NCBI RefSeq assembly: GCF_006345805.1
Contig: NC_043015.1
Location: 26,040,001 to 26,104,000, forward strand
DNA: 64,000 nucleotides
Reading direction: 5' to 3'
Source: Octopus sinensis
Taxonomy: Eukaryota
Position numbers and translations under genes: made by a program. How positions within the stretch are numbered: position 1 is the stretch's first letter; the number at the start of each line of letters is the position of its first letter. The notes under the pieces were generated by a model. The model saw nothing but the letters and a program-made list of their open reading frames with translations, was not told the origin of the DNA and ran no database searches. Shown here piece by piece: positions 1 to 12,900 of this stretch.

Positions 1-33
1 TTGTTTAAGCAGCAGTAGTAGTAGAGAAAGGAG

Positions 34-330
34 ATGGTGAAGGGGAACCTGATATATGTATTAACCTGCTCTGGGAGTCGTGAGCAATACATAAGCCAAA
101 TCAAAAACAGTCGACATCAAAGAATGGCTCTGCACAGATCCCAGATCAAAATTCCGAAAAGCAGAAAAATAGCATTCAGCGAACACATCGACATTTGCGC
201 CAATAACAAACAACGCAGTTTCAGAATTTTTGCCCCTCTATCAATTCAGGGACGATACAACCTGTAGTCAGCGCATTAATAAAGACTCATTCTTTATCAC
301 AAAATATAAACACATTTTGAATGCATCCAC
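34..330 (+). mobile_element. Penelope-like element GIY-YIG endonuclease relic
   Basis: ORF 34-267 reads NLIYVLTCSG..EQYISQ...RMALHRSQI...SEHI, a degenerate GIY-YIG pattern. After a frameshift it continues RINKDSFFITKYKHILN, resembling the PLE EN C-terminus. Confidence 0.7.
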
Positions 331-534
331 CACAAATGACACTATCACCGGGTCCTTAGAATATAACACATACAAATATTAAAAACGATACATTCAAAAT
401 AGTCACTTCACATAAATTTATTCAGAACAGTTCCAATCACTACTATTCCAATCACAACGGGTCACTTTTAGGTCACTTGACCATTTAAGAGTATCCCATC
501 AACATCCTGCTACTATCATACTACTCCTGCATTC

Positions 535-572
535 TTCTTCTTCTTCTTCTTCTTCTTCTTTTTCTTCTTCTT

Positions 573-655
<83 letters not shown>

Positions 656-660
656 TGTAG
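535..660. repeat. compound microsatellite (TTC)n-(TA)n-(TATG)n
   Basis: Direct reading; representative of dozens of similar tracts not listed individually. Confidence 0.95.
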
Positions 661-1572
661 TAAAGCGAGCAGCCACATCAAAGTGGCAGATGAATGTTAC
701 TACTAGCTTAACCCCAGGCGGAATCTCTGCCAGCTGGTTTTTGGTGCTAGTTCTGCACCCTTTATGTAAAATACATCGCTAGCAGAGGGAGCGAACCCGG
801 CCGGTCCTCTGATCCTGTATATAGAATACACACAAACATACATATACATATATACATATTTATACATACACACACATATATAGATCGAAACATAGATAGA
901 TACTTACATACATACATGCATACATATAGACATACATACATACATGATCCCATAGATGCATACATACCTGTTTTACATACATGCATACACACATACATGC
1001 ACACACACATACATGCACACACACACACACATGCATACATAGGCACGTACGTACGTACGTAAATACGTACATACGTGAAATGATAGAGCAATATTCAGCC
1101 TCCTTTCATTTTTTTACTTTAATATTCCTTTCTTCCTGTTTCATAGTACTTTTGTTGTTTTCTGTAAATCGTTTTTTTTCGCCCTTCTTCCTTTCTTTCC
1201 TTATTTCTTCTCTTCATTCTTCCTATTTTCCTTTTCATTCTTCATTCCTTCTATTTTTTCACTTCCTTTCTTTATCTCGTTCATTCATCCAATGTTCACC
1301 ACTTTTCTTCAACTTATTTTTGCATACTGCTTCGCTAATCATTTCTCGCTTCATTCAATATCATTCTTGTTGCTGTTGCTCTTTTGTTACTCAGCACTTT
1401 TTTTCTCGACATTCTTTAATTCTTGAAGAGAGCACTAAACCGTATTAGTATTCTGTATATATCTTATGTCATTTCCATTTCACTGGGTGCATATATATCT
1501 GCTGTGAAGAGAGATGTTATGGGTGCAAGAACAGGAGTCAAACACTAAAGCTTGAAGGCAAAAATTATCTGA

Positions 1573-1860
<288 letters not shown>

Positions 1861-2516
1861 CTATCTGTCTATCTGTTTGTCTGTATGTATGTCTAACTAA
1901 CTATCCTAAGAAAATGTAACTCAATCCTGCAACACATTTGTATGTATGTGTGTAAATGTGCTTGTAAGTGTATAGGTATCTCTCTCTCTCTCTCTCTCGC
2001 TCTGTGTGAGTGTATATATATATACATATATATAATATATATGATTTTTTTAGTTATAAGTTATATTATTTGTTGATATATAGGTGGATTATGTATTTGT
2101 AATACTAAATTAAAGTTAATTAGGTATTATATTATTTGATATTTAGATTCTAAATATATATTATACATGTATATTTATTATATGGTTAGCTTATGTAAGG
2201 AGTTTGTCTATATTTGAAACATTTCTTATTTTGATTACAATTTAATGACTTGTATATTTGTGTATTTTATTTAATTTTAAAGTATTTAATTATTGAAGTA
2301 TTATTTTATTCTTCAATTATGTATATTTAGAATTTTCATATACATATATATATATATATTGGCAGGGCTGGCCTGCTAGGTAGCCGGCCAGAATGCTAGA
2401 AAAAGATCATCAGCGATCAAACTACAAGGGAAAATTCTCTAGAGGAAGAATTCAGCGAACACCAGAACCAACTTTGGCGGGCAGGACATATGAAAAATTA
2501 TATAAATAACAGACTT

Positions 2517-2594
2517 AAATACATACCTCGGTTTCGGTCTTAACAAAAGAATTACTTGCATAATTCAAGTGTCCGTGACTTCATCAGTACATTC
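2517..2594 (-). ncRNA. type I hammerhead ribozyme motif (inverted copy)
   Basis: Minus strand GAATGTA-CTGATGA-AGTC...GACC-GAAAC-CGAG-GTA|TGTATTT; intact core, stem I with G.U pairs. Confidence 0.7.
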
Positions 2595-3258
2595 GGTCCT
2601 CGAGATGCAAACCGCAAGACTAACCCCAGCTCTCTGTGTCAAGACAGACACGTGCTTAGTCTTACTGATTACATCGGGAATAAAATTTCAAATGTCTTGG
2701 TTCCGGCGCGTTGAGAGACTCCTGTTAGTCACGGACACTTGAATTATGCAAGTAATTCTTTTGTTAAGACCGAAACCGAGGTATGCATTTAAGTCTGTTA
2801 TTTATATAATTTTTCATATGTCCTGCCCGCCAAAGTTGGTTCTGGTTTTCGCTGAATTCTTCCTCTAGAGAATTTTCCCTTGTAGTTTGATCGTTGATGA
2901 TCTTTTCTAGCATTCTGGCCGGCTACCTAGCAGGCCAGCCCTGCCAATATACACATATATTTGAATTTTCTCTGACTCCTCAGATTTTTTGAATGCTAGA
3001 CTACTGGTTTTAAATTGATATTAAAATTAATATTAATTTATCTCCCTCAATTTTTAAATATTTAAATAAATACGTTCCCTAGTTGTAAGCACTACCCGCA
3101 GTGAATTATTCACTGCAGCCCTTCGCTTCCGGAGTCTCTCAGCGCGCCGGAACCAAGATATTTGAAATTTTAGTCCCGATGTAATCAGTAAGACTAAGCA
3201 CGTGTCTGTCTTGACACAGAGAGCTGGGGTCAGTCTTGCGGTTTGGATCTCGAGGACC

Positions 3259-3336
3259 GAATGTACTTATGAAGTCACGGACACTTGAATTATGCAAGTA
3301 ATTCTTTTGTTAAGACCGAAACCGAGGTATGCATTT
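3259..3336 (+). ncRNA. hammerhead motif with mutated core (CTTATGA)
   Basis: Same as the 3806 copy but G5->T in the core; predicted inactive. Confidence 0.65.
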
Positions 3337-3805
3337 AAGTCTGTTATTTATATAATTTTTCATATGTCCTGCCCGCCAAAGTTGGTTCTGGTGTTCGCTG
3401 AATTCTTCCTCTAGAGAATTTTCCCTTGTAGCTTGATCGTTGATGATCTTTTTCTAGCATTCTGGCCGGCTACCTAGCAGGCCAGCCCTGCCAATATACA
3501 CATATATTTGAATTTTCTCTGACTCCTCAGATTTTTTGAATGCTAGACTACTGGTTTTAAATTGATATTAAAATTAATATTAATTTATCTCCCTCAATTT
3601 TTAAATATTTAAATAAATACGTTCCCTAGTTGTAAGCACTACCAGCAGTGAATTATTCACTGCAGCCCTTCGCTTCAGGAGCCTCTCAGCGCGCCGGAAC
3701 CAAGACATTTGAAATTTTATTCCCGATGTAATCAGTAAGACTAAGCACGTGTCTGTCTTGACACAGAGAGCTGGGGTTAGTCTTGCGGTTTGCATCTCGA
3801 GGACC

Positions 3806-3883
3806 GAATGTACTGATGAAGTCACGGACACTTGAAGTATGCAAGTAATTCTTTTGTTAAGACCGAAACCGAGGTATGCATTT
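3806..3883 (+). ncRNA. type I hammerhead ribozyme motif
   Basis: GAATGTA-CTGATGA(3813-3819)-AGTC...GACC-GAAAC(3865-3869)-CGAG-GTA|TGCATTT. 7-bp stem I, A.C mismatch plus GTC/GAC stem II, predicted cut after 3876. Confidence 0.8.
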
Positions 3884-4147
3884 AAGTCTGTTATTTATAT
3901 GATTTTTCATATGTCCTGCCCGCCAAAGTTGGTTTCTGGTGTTCGCTGAATTCTTCCTCTAGAGAATTTTCCCTTGTAGTTTGATCGTTGATGATCTTTT
4001 ACTAGCATTCTGGCCGGCTACCTAGCAGGCCAGCCCTGCCAATATACACATATATTTGAAATTTCTCTGACTCCTCAGATTTTTTGAATGCTAGACTACT
4101 GGTTTTAAATTGATATTAAAATTAATATTAATTTATCTCCCTCAATT

Positions 4148-4188
<41 letters not shown>

Positions 4189-4225
4189 AAGTATATTTAT
4201 TAATTAATTGTTCTATTATATTTTC

Positions 4226-4312
4226 AACCTGATGAGCGACTATCTTTATATGCAAGTGATTTCTCTACTACTATAATCATTTCTTAAATATGGCAGCGAA
4301 ACACGTGTCGTT
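4226..4312 (+). ncRNA. minimal type I hammerhead motif
   Basis: AAC-CTGATGA-GC...GC-GAAAC-ACGT-GTC|GTT; palindromic stem III (ACACGTGT), 3-bp stem I. Confidence 0.65.
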
Positions 4313-4559
4313 TTTCTACCTATTATATACATTATATTATTTTTGTAATTTACTTATTCTTAACTTTTAATTGTTATTTTAATTTTAACTTTTCTATTAT
4401 ATGTAATTCTCTAGATGGTGTAATTTAATTATTCATTTTGAATTGATAAAAGGTGGGTTTTTTTCTAATATTTTATATATATATATTATATTGTGTGGAA
4501 TTTGATTTAGTATTTCTAAATTGAATTCTTTTTGCTTGTAAGTTTGGATTTTATATATG

Positions 4560-4592
<33 letters not shown>

Positions 4593-4593
<1 letters not shown>

Positions 4594-5396
4594 CATGAAT
4601 ATGTATGAGGATGTATATATATACTAAGCAATAAAGGGTTTAGCAACGAATTGCCTTACCACATACCGAATTTAGAAATAGCAGTCAAAGAGTTATAGCT
4701 ATTTCTTCTACTAAAAAGGGAGATCTCAGTAAAAACAGCAATTGGAAGGCAGACACAAACAGGTAAGAGAGAATGAATTGACGGCAATCTATCATACAAT
4801 TTTAAGTTATCTACGGACGTACGTTTCGAAATCAAGTTTTTAGGAAAGCATAAGAATTAAATATTAAATAATTCTATCTTACCAAAAACTTCTTTTCTCT
4901 TCAGCGTAGAATACTATAATCATAAATGATTATATATTGAATTTTGAGACACTAGAAGGCACCAACTCAACTCAGTATCAGAGCGAGCTAGAATCCGCAA
5001 CTAGTATCACCAAATTCAATGTGTGAATGGAAAAATTGTGTCACCAGCCCCTTCCCACCCGCGTGTAGCCAAAACAAGATGCTGTGGTCATCTACTGAGA
5101 TAAAATATGGTTATCCGTAATAATGAAGGGTGAAATTAATTAATTTGGAATAATTATCAATTACACCAAGTAGTCTTCGGCATGTAAAAGCCTCATTCGA
5201 GGAAAATTTAAGTAATACTAAGCAATAAAGGGTTTAGCAACGAATTGCCTTACCACATACCGAATTTAGAAATAGCAGTCAAAGAGTTATAGCTATTTCT
5301 TCTACTAAAAAGGGAGATCTCAGTAAAAACAGCAATTGGAAGGCAGATATATTCATATATATAATAATTATATATATATATATTATATATATATAA

Positions 5397-5454
<58 letters not shown>

Positions 5455-5468
5455 CACATGTATATATA

Positions 5469-5513
<45 letters not shown>

Positions 5514-5535
5514 TGAATATGTATGAGGATGTATA
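4593..5535 (-). mobile_element. PLE terminal-repeat unit (594-bp period) flanked by 25-bp direct repeats
   Basis: 4621-4753 = 5215-5347; ACATGAATATGTATGAGGATGTATA at 4593-4617 and 5511-5535; contains the HHR at 4810-4910. Confidence 0.7.
4810..4910 (-). ncRNA. type I hammerhead ribozyme motif
   Basis: Minus TCTACG-CTGAAGA-GAAA..long hairpin..TTTC-GAAAC-GTAC-GTC|CGTAGA; perfect 6-bp stem I, palindromic stem III. Confidence 0.85.
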
Positions 5536-6111
5536 AAATACACACACACAATAAAGAATATCGCATGTGTAGATATACTACGTATTGTGTATGTATTTTA
5601 TAAATGAAATCTTCGTTAACAGTGATTTGTTTGACTGCTATATTATGCCTCGGAATATATCAAAGAACTTTAATCAACACTGATTCTAAATTTAATACCT
5701 AAAAGCAGCTAGTTTTCAGATATTGGAAACACTTGAAGAGAAGCAGAAATGATAAGCTGAAGCAGTTTCAAGCCAGTGGCTTCATAAATTACAGAGAAAA
5801 ATATTAAATTTAATACATATATTGTTATAGAACAGCGGGTATCATCAAGGTATTGTCTGATAAACAAGCCACATAAAAACGCATTTCTAACATTTCCTAA
5901 AGTTTAAGTAATTACTGGTCCCGTTAACAAACGTTTCCCTTGAATGTTATTTTGTCATTCAATCATATAACTATAAAATTTTGACAACAATGTATGTTAT
6001 GGAAAAATATACTATATAAATATATATGCTAAATATGCGCGTAATGCAAGTGTATATGTGTGTGTGTGTGTGTGTGTGTATACACATATACGCTAAATAC
6101 GTACGTAAATA

Positions 6112-6201
<90 letters not shown>

Positions 6202-6533
6202 CATATATATACAAAGAAAATAGATTGAAAGATAGCTTCATACATGCATAAATACATATACAGATGTGTATGATTTGATTTCATTTTGTTTTGAAAGCCC
6301 TAATAAATTTTCTGTTCAAATGTTTATCGCTGTTTGTGCCCCCTGTTTATGTATTTCATTCGATTCACCTGAAATACATCATGTTAAATATTTGAATATA
6401 GATTATCACCAAAGCATGATCTAATTGCAGAAATATCGTTGAATCAGTGTTTAAATACGTTTCTTTTCTCCGCCGATGTTTGGAATTGAGCATTCTGTCA
6501 AAGGAGAATCACATCTTTAAAAACACACATTAA

Positions 6534-6654
<121 letters not shown>

Positions 6655-6709
6655 TACATATATATATACACACACATATATATATATATACATATACATA
6701 CATATATAC

Positions 6710-6751
<42 letters not shown>

Positions 6752-6923
6752 CTCTCTCTCTCTCCCTCACATGTACACACACACACACACACACAGACAC
6801 ACATATATATATATATATATATATACATGCATAATATACACGCGCACAAATATATTGATCACCATGATTGACCGCTTGCTACTAAAGCTTTTTTATTCTC
6901 TCTCTGTATATTTTCTCGTGTTC

Positions 6924-6959
6924 CTTTCTGTTGAAGAGCGTAGGCTCGAAGCGAAAAAG
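6924..6959 (+). ncRNA. degenerate hammerhead-like motif in a PLE-type short repeat
   Basis: CTTT-CTGTTGA-A-GAGC-GTAG-GCTC-GAAGC-GAA-AAAG. Stems I and II are intact, but the core has A6U and GAAAC/GTA is mutated. Confidence 0.4.
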
Positions 6960-8093
6960 ACTTCCTCACCTTCCCGAGCGTTAAACTAATGCACCTTTTT
7001 TTTGATTACACAACTATCTTCGTTTTCTGTTTTTTGTATATTCCAACTATATATATGTGTGTGTGTGTGTATATGTATGTATGTATGTATCTATTTATGT
7101 ATGTATGTATGTATGTATGTATATACCGGCATCTCAAATGTAAATGAACGCCATCACTTCTTAAGTATTTCTTGAAAGAAAATGTTATATGCTTAATCTA
7201 GTATTGTGTTGGCATGCCTTATGCAGTTTTTAATGATTTGGTATCACACAGATAAACCCGTATAATGACAGCTACTTACATTCGAGCCATATCTGTATAA
7301 ATGAACAGACGCGCACACTATACATATGTATATTTTGTGTGTTTTTATATATTTGTATATAGACATATAGATAGATAGATAGACACACAGACACACACGC
7401 ACAGGCACAGAGACACACACACACACACGTACGCATACATATATGTATATATTCATGCTTGTAAATAATTGTGTATATCTGTCAATGTGCCTCTGTATTA
7501 CTATGTATAAGCTGCTAGGCAATGAATTTTCACACATATGCAATGCGACATGAAATTTTAGAGAAAAAAATTAAAGTGAAGTTGTAAATTACTTCTAAGA
7601 TGTGTTGCAGCAAGAAATATTGAATAGTGTTGAAATATAAGCTATTACAGACGTGAAATATATTGGTAACTGTATCTTTTCTTACTAAAGCCACGAACAA
7701 TTTTGAATTTAGGGAAGCAAAATGATCGATTGAAGCGACTATTATGCTGTATTCTGATATAAATAAAAATTGCTCTTGTATAGCAGGAAAATCAAAACTT
7801 GATAAAAAACAAAACTACGAGAAAAACAATTAAATAATATTCTTATTAAAAATGGCGGCTGGATGACGGTAGTTTTAATATTACAAATATGGCTGTTGAA
7901 GGAAGCATGGTAGAATAATTATTTTTTATACAGGTATGAATATAAAAAAAACATGGAAGAGCAAAACAAACGCCTCGAGAAGAAATGGTTACTAAGTTTT
8001 GCTACTATAAATTCATACACACACATACACTCATACACACACATATACATACATAAATATATATATATGAATGTGTATGCATATGCATATACG

Positions 8094-8140
<47 letters not shown>

Positions 8141-8929
8141 TTGTGTGTGTGTAGATAAATTATATATATCATTATGTATACACACACATACACACACATA
8201 TATATATGTATGTATGTATATATACACACACACACATATATGCTGATGTCTAAAAGTATGTAAATTCGATGTGTGTACAACAAATCTGTTTTTCTTCCAT
8301 TTTACTTGAAACATGTCTTCTTGTTTTTCCTTTCTTTCTTTTTCCATTTTTAAGCCATATATTTTCTTACAGTTTTGTGTTTGCGGCTTTGTACTTGGAA
8401 AACTGTTTTTTGACATTGATAAATTGTTTAGGGTAGCACCTTGAAAACACAGTTATTTTTGTCATATATTTTATTGAACTGTTTTTGTTCCTTTTTTTTC
8501 ATCATGTTCTTCTTTTGAATTTAAAATAAAGAATGTTCTTTATTCATAATGTTATGCGGATCGAATGTTACACGTACCACATGCGTACGCACAAACAAAC
8601 ACACACACACACATGCACACACACACATGCACACACACACACACACACACACATATATACAGAAAAAAATATATACTTATATATCCAGTATTCATATTTA
8701 TACACACACACATTTATATACATGCATATAGAAAGAAAAAGAGACATATATCTATATAGATGTTTGTACGTAGGTGGGTTCGTATATGTATACACCTATA
8801 TATGAGTGTGTGTGTGTGTGTGAAATGTATGTACGTCTACACAAACACATATACCAACAAATACACACACACAGACACATACACACACACACATACACAC
8901 ACACACATATACACACACATACACACACA

Positions 8930-8998
<69 letters not shown>

Positions 8999-9401
8999 AC
9001 ACGCACGCACGCACACTCACGCACAAACATAGTCTCTGAATATTTCAGTAACGGTAGCCATACTATATATTATATTTCTGCAGGTTTATCATAAACTTTG
9101 AACTATTGTGATATAATTTTTCCTTGGTGACATATTGGTGATTGTATCGTATTTGTCGTTAAAAGTTAACATTAAATGAAAAAACAAGGCGAATATGAGA
9201 AAAAGAAAAATATACGAAAATCTGTTTACCATGATTTTTTTGTTTTCTTGCAGGGATGATACTGTCTCGAAGACTCCTAAATTTAACGATATTTTACTCG
9301 TTCTACTCTTCAACAAACTATCATATCTGCTATCATTTATCCTTTGCCTTTTTCAATCACTCGACTGTGGCCATGCTGCAGCAGTATCTTGAAAAGTTTC
9401 T

Positions 9402-9609
9402 AAGGCGGCGAGCTGACAGAAACGTTAGCACTCCGGGCGAAATGCTTAGCGCTATTTCGTCTGTCTTTACGTTCTGAGTTCAAATTACACCGAGGTCGAC
9501 TTTGCTTTTCATCCTTTCCGGGTCGATAAATTGGAACTGGGGTCGATCTAATTGATTGGCCCCTTTCCCAAAAATGTCGCGCCTTTTGCCTAGAGTAGAA
9601 AAGAATATC
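9402..9609 (+). mobile_element. SINE family A (GGCGG.GAGCTG.CAGAA... head)
   Basis: Same ~210-bp sequence recurs about 12 times in the window; B-box-like GAGTTCAAATT. Confidence 0.8.
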
Positions 9610-9807
9610 TTAAAGGGTTTTAGTGGAACAAATCGTCTCTGATTCTTATAGTTTTCTCAGGTCACGTTCTTATTTTATCTAAACCTTTTGCTGAACAATT
9701 TGGTTACAGTTAGGTAAACAAACCAATACCGTTTACAAGCGCAGCTAAAAAGGTACACATAGACGCAGAAAGTATATATGTGTGTGTGTGTATGTGTGTG
9801 TGTTTGT

Positions 9808-9867
<60 letters not shown>

Positions 9868-9889
9868 GTGTATGTTTGTGTGTGTGTTC

Positions 9890-12390
9890 TATTTTCACTC
9901 CTTATACAGTGGTCTATACTGATTAGTCCTCTGCCACCATTTTTTCTTTCATATACATTATGTTTACGTTTGCTTTAGGTTGTAGCGCCCCATGCAGCGT
10001 CATCAACTTTCTCGTCCTTCTATCCAATGTTGATATTTCCTCCTTAGTCCATTTGAGGATGCACGCACTATATCTGACCATCGCAACAGCCCAGATATTC
10101 ATTTCGGTAATTAAATTTTTGACATTCATGTTGGATTTCAACATCATCTCCACCCTTCTTTTGATACGCTTCGCTGACCTTGACTTTCATTTCTCTGTGT
10201 AAAATGTCAACTAGCTCCAAAATCCTATGGTCTCTCCTGAAGGTAACCGCAATCCACTGCGGGCTGCTTTCTTCCCTCTTTTCATATTAGGTACTGAGCA
10301 TTTGGAAATCACAATGCCATACCGATGTCCCTACCACACGTCTAGACTGTTTTGGTTAGGGAATCTATCTGTTTTTCAAATTTCCCAAACAATTTCAGGC
10401 CATCCATAAACAGAGGATGGTTCAATGATGGGTCTGTCTTCCCACATCAGTAACCCATCTTAACTTTCCTAAGTGTCATTGTTATTTGTATTAGTACAAT
10501 TACAAATCGTAACGGAGAAAATGAATCACCTTGGAAGATGTCTCTTTTAATATTAACTTCTCCAAGGAATGCATTACTTGACAACAATTTGGTTTTCCAC
10601 TCTTTCATGCCGTGCATCAGAAAATTTGTGATGTTGTCAGCAACACCAAACATCTGCAGGCATTCAACGATCCAAGAATGAAACATCATATCATATGCAT
10701 TCTTAAAGTGAATCCAAGCAATAGACATGTTTGTATTGTTTTCTAACAATGCCTCAATCCTAATTCCTGTTCGTTCCCTTGGTAGTATTTCTTCCTGTGC
10801 CAGGAAAGTGTATGTCTTTGCCCAACATATTCCAGTAAGTATCTTGCAGATTATATTTACGCATGCTATGAGACAGTAGTTTCCCACAATATTCCTTTTT
10901 CTTTTATCTTTCATTATAAGTGTTGTCCTCCTACTCACCATTCATGCGATGACTGTACCTTTCTGGATACATTCAATTGGGCTGCTAGTCTTTCATGCAC
11001 AACGTGGCATCTCTCTTCAGCCAAAAGCCATGAATTCCTTCTGATCCGGGGAATTTCCAGTTAGGCACTTTACCCACTTGTTCTTTCACATCAACTGTGC
11101 TTATGACAATATTCCTTTGTTTCTTTCCTCTTTGTAATTCTGTCTTGATAGTTCCTATCCACATTGCATCCCTTTTATGCACCACATTGTTTCCACATAG
11201 TCCGCTCCAGAACTCCTTGGATTTGTATCAGGAGCAACATTTTCCCCATTGTCTCCTTCTAATGTTCGGAAGAATTGCTTCAGGTTATTTTTGAACAATC
11301 TGTTCTCGAACCGCTTATTTCTGTTCACAAGTCTTCTGAACTTCTGGCTTTTTGCCATGACCCTCTGTTTTAACTGCTCTGTTAATGCATCAAATCCGTT
11401 CTTCCATATTTTATATTTCTTCTATAAATTTTCGAGTCGGTCTTTTTCCGACTTTTCCAATTACCTCGTAACCATTGCTCAATTTTCCCTAGGTTTTGTC
11501 TTGCCCGAATCATATCCCTTTCAATGCGTCGTTTCCAACAAGTTTCTTTTGCTCCACCATTTTTTGTTCTCTTGAGCTGTAATTTCTCCTCAACAATTAG
11601 TGTAATAACTCGGAAAACATTCCTTGTTTGTGTTATGTCCTCCGTCTGAATGTATAGTACGACAGTATTTATCTTTTGTGTTACTTTATTTATCATACCG
11701 CTATCTCCCCTTCTCTATTCATGGGGCATTCATGAAATCGGTGAGTCGTCTTTGAATTTCAAGCAATTCTTTATCTAGTTGGTTCATTTCCCCTGCATGT
11801 CCACCAACCACAGTATCAGGGTTCACTGTATAACGTTCCTGTCCCTCATTCTTAACACCATTTCCCTGTTCCTCCTGTCTTTTCTCTCTGCATTCAACTC
11901 TTACCTCTCTGTTTTTAATTCCGACCATTCGCAGTGTCTCTCAGACTCTCACTAATCCGAGATATTTCTACTCTAGTTAAGTAACCTTTCCTCCTAATCA
12001 CTCCCACTTGGTTCATTAGTTTATTTTCTGACATTGGACACGTCTTTTTCCATCCAAAATTTCAAGGTCCGTCGGCCTATTCCGCGATTTCTTTCCAGCT
12101 TTTCTCTTTCACGACATTCAATAAGTATATCGAACTCTTCCTTCGCCCACTTATGTCTGTTTTTGCGCACGCCGTCTATGTGATCTGCTGTGACATAACG
12201 ATTGACCGAGGGCAGATCAATGTCCCTGATGCAGGCGGTTTCGGACGTGCCAGGCGTGAACCCTTCGCCACGATCGGCTATAGCTCCATTCACGCCGTTA
12301 ATTCGTTCATTGTTGTGTTACCTCATGGTTTCATGAGTCGTTCGTGGGGTTCCCACGAGAGTTGTTATTGAGATACCATCTCTCACTTCC
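9890..12390 (-). mobile_element. R4/Dong-clade (RLE) non-LTR retrotransposon, frameshifted, 3' truncated
   Basis: RT motifs IAWIHFKNAYDM..HSWIVECL, IFQGDSFSPL.F, HGALQPKANV..(RLY..RK.GGRGLISI); N-terminal RHKWAKEE motif. Confidence 0.85.
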
Positions 12391-12594
12391 TCTCTTTATT
12401 TGTGTATACATATGCCATGTATGTACATACACATATATATGAATAACGTGCTTGCATTGAGTCACCTCCATAACCACAGTGATTATCATTATCACCATCG
12501 TTCTACCTATAGTGTTTAAAACTATTAATAATGATATGGGGCCCAGTATATTGCAGCAGATCTTCATCACTATTTATCAAATACTCGGCAAGTG

Positions 12595-12900
12595 TTCACT
12601 CCTTATACAATGGTCTATACTGATTAGTTCTCTGCCACCCGTCTTTTCTTTTCATATACAGTCTGTTTACGTTTGCAGTTCACACTTAATACTGTCTTTT
12701 GCGCTCCCTGCATGGATGGTAATCCAGGGATAATTCTCAACTAATTTTTAGTTCCTTTACTGGTCATTTCAATGACTCCCACATTCGCTGGTCTTGAGAT
12801 GTTATCTTTGCTCCAACTACTGTCATCATCTCCCCACCGTTCTCTTTTGGTTTTGTTTTCCGCTTAGGCAGTGACATTAGTAGAGGGGCCTTCCTTTTCA
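12595..12900 (-). mobile_element. second rearranged fragment of the same R4/Dong family
   Basis: 12595-12677 is a diverged direct repeat of about 9894-9972 (ANVNRLYMKRKDG..LISIDHCIRSE), joined to an IPGLPSMQGAQKTVL ORF-end-like piece. Confidence 0.6.

Larger units (their letters stand above)
2355..4148 (+). mobile_element. PLE terminal-repeat / retrozyme-like array: 370-bp inverted copy plus ~2.6 tandem 546-548-bp units
   Basis: Anchor AGTCACGGACACTTGAA occurs at 2727, 3273 and 3820. 2355-2724 is the reverse complement of about 3677-4046. Each unit carries an HHR motif. Confidence 0.85.

Noticed and set aside
2727-4148. CRISPR-like or satellite interpretation of the tandem array
   Set aside because: The units are ~547 bp and wholly repeated, with no short-repeat/unique-spacer pattern; the context is eukaryotic.
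7680-7760. Possible 68-nt minus-strand exon ending TTTA|gtaaga
   Set aside because: Weak exon end, two open frames and no recognisable peptide; cannot be supported.
9089-9316. ORF with a signal-peptide-like hydrophobic stretch
   Set aside because: The hydrophobicity comes from T-rich sequence; the ORF is short, with no usable splice donor.
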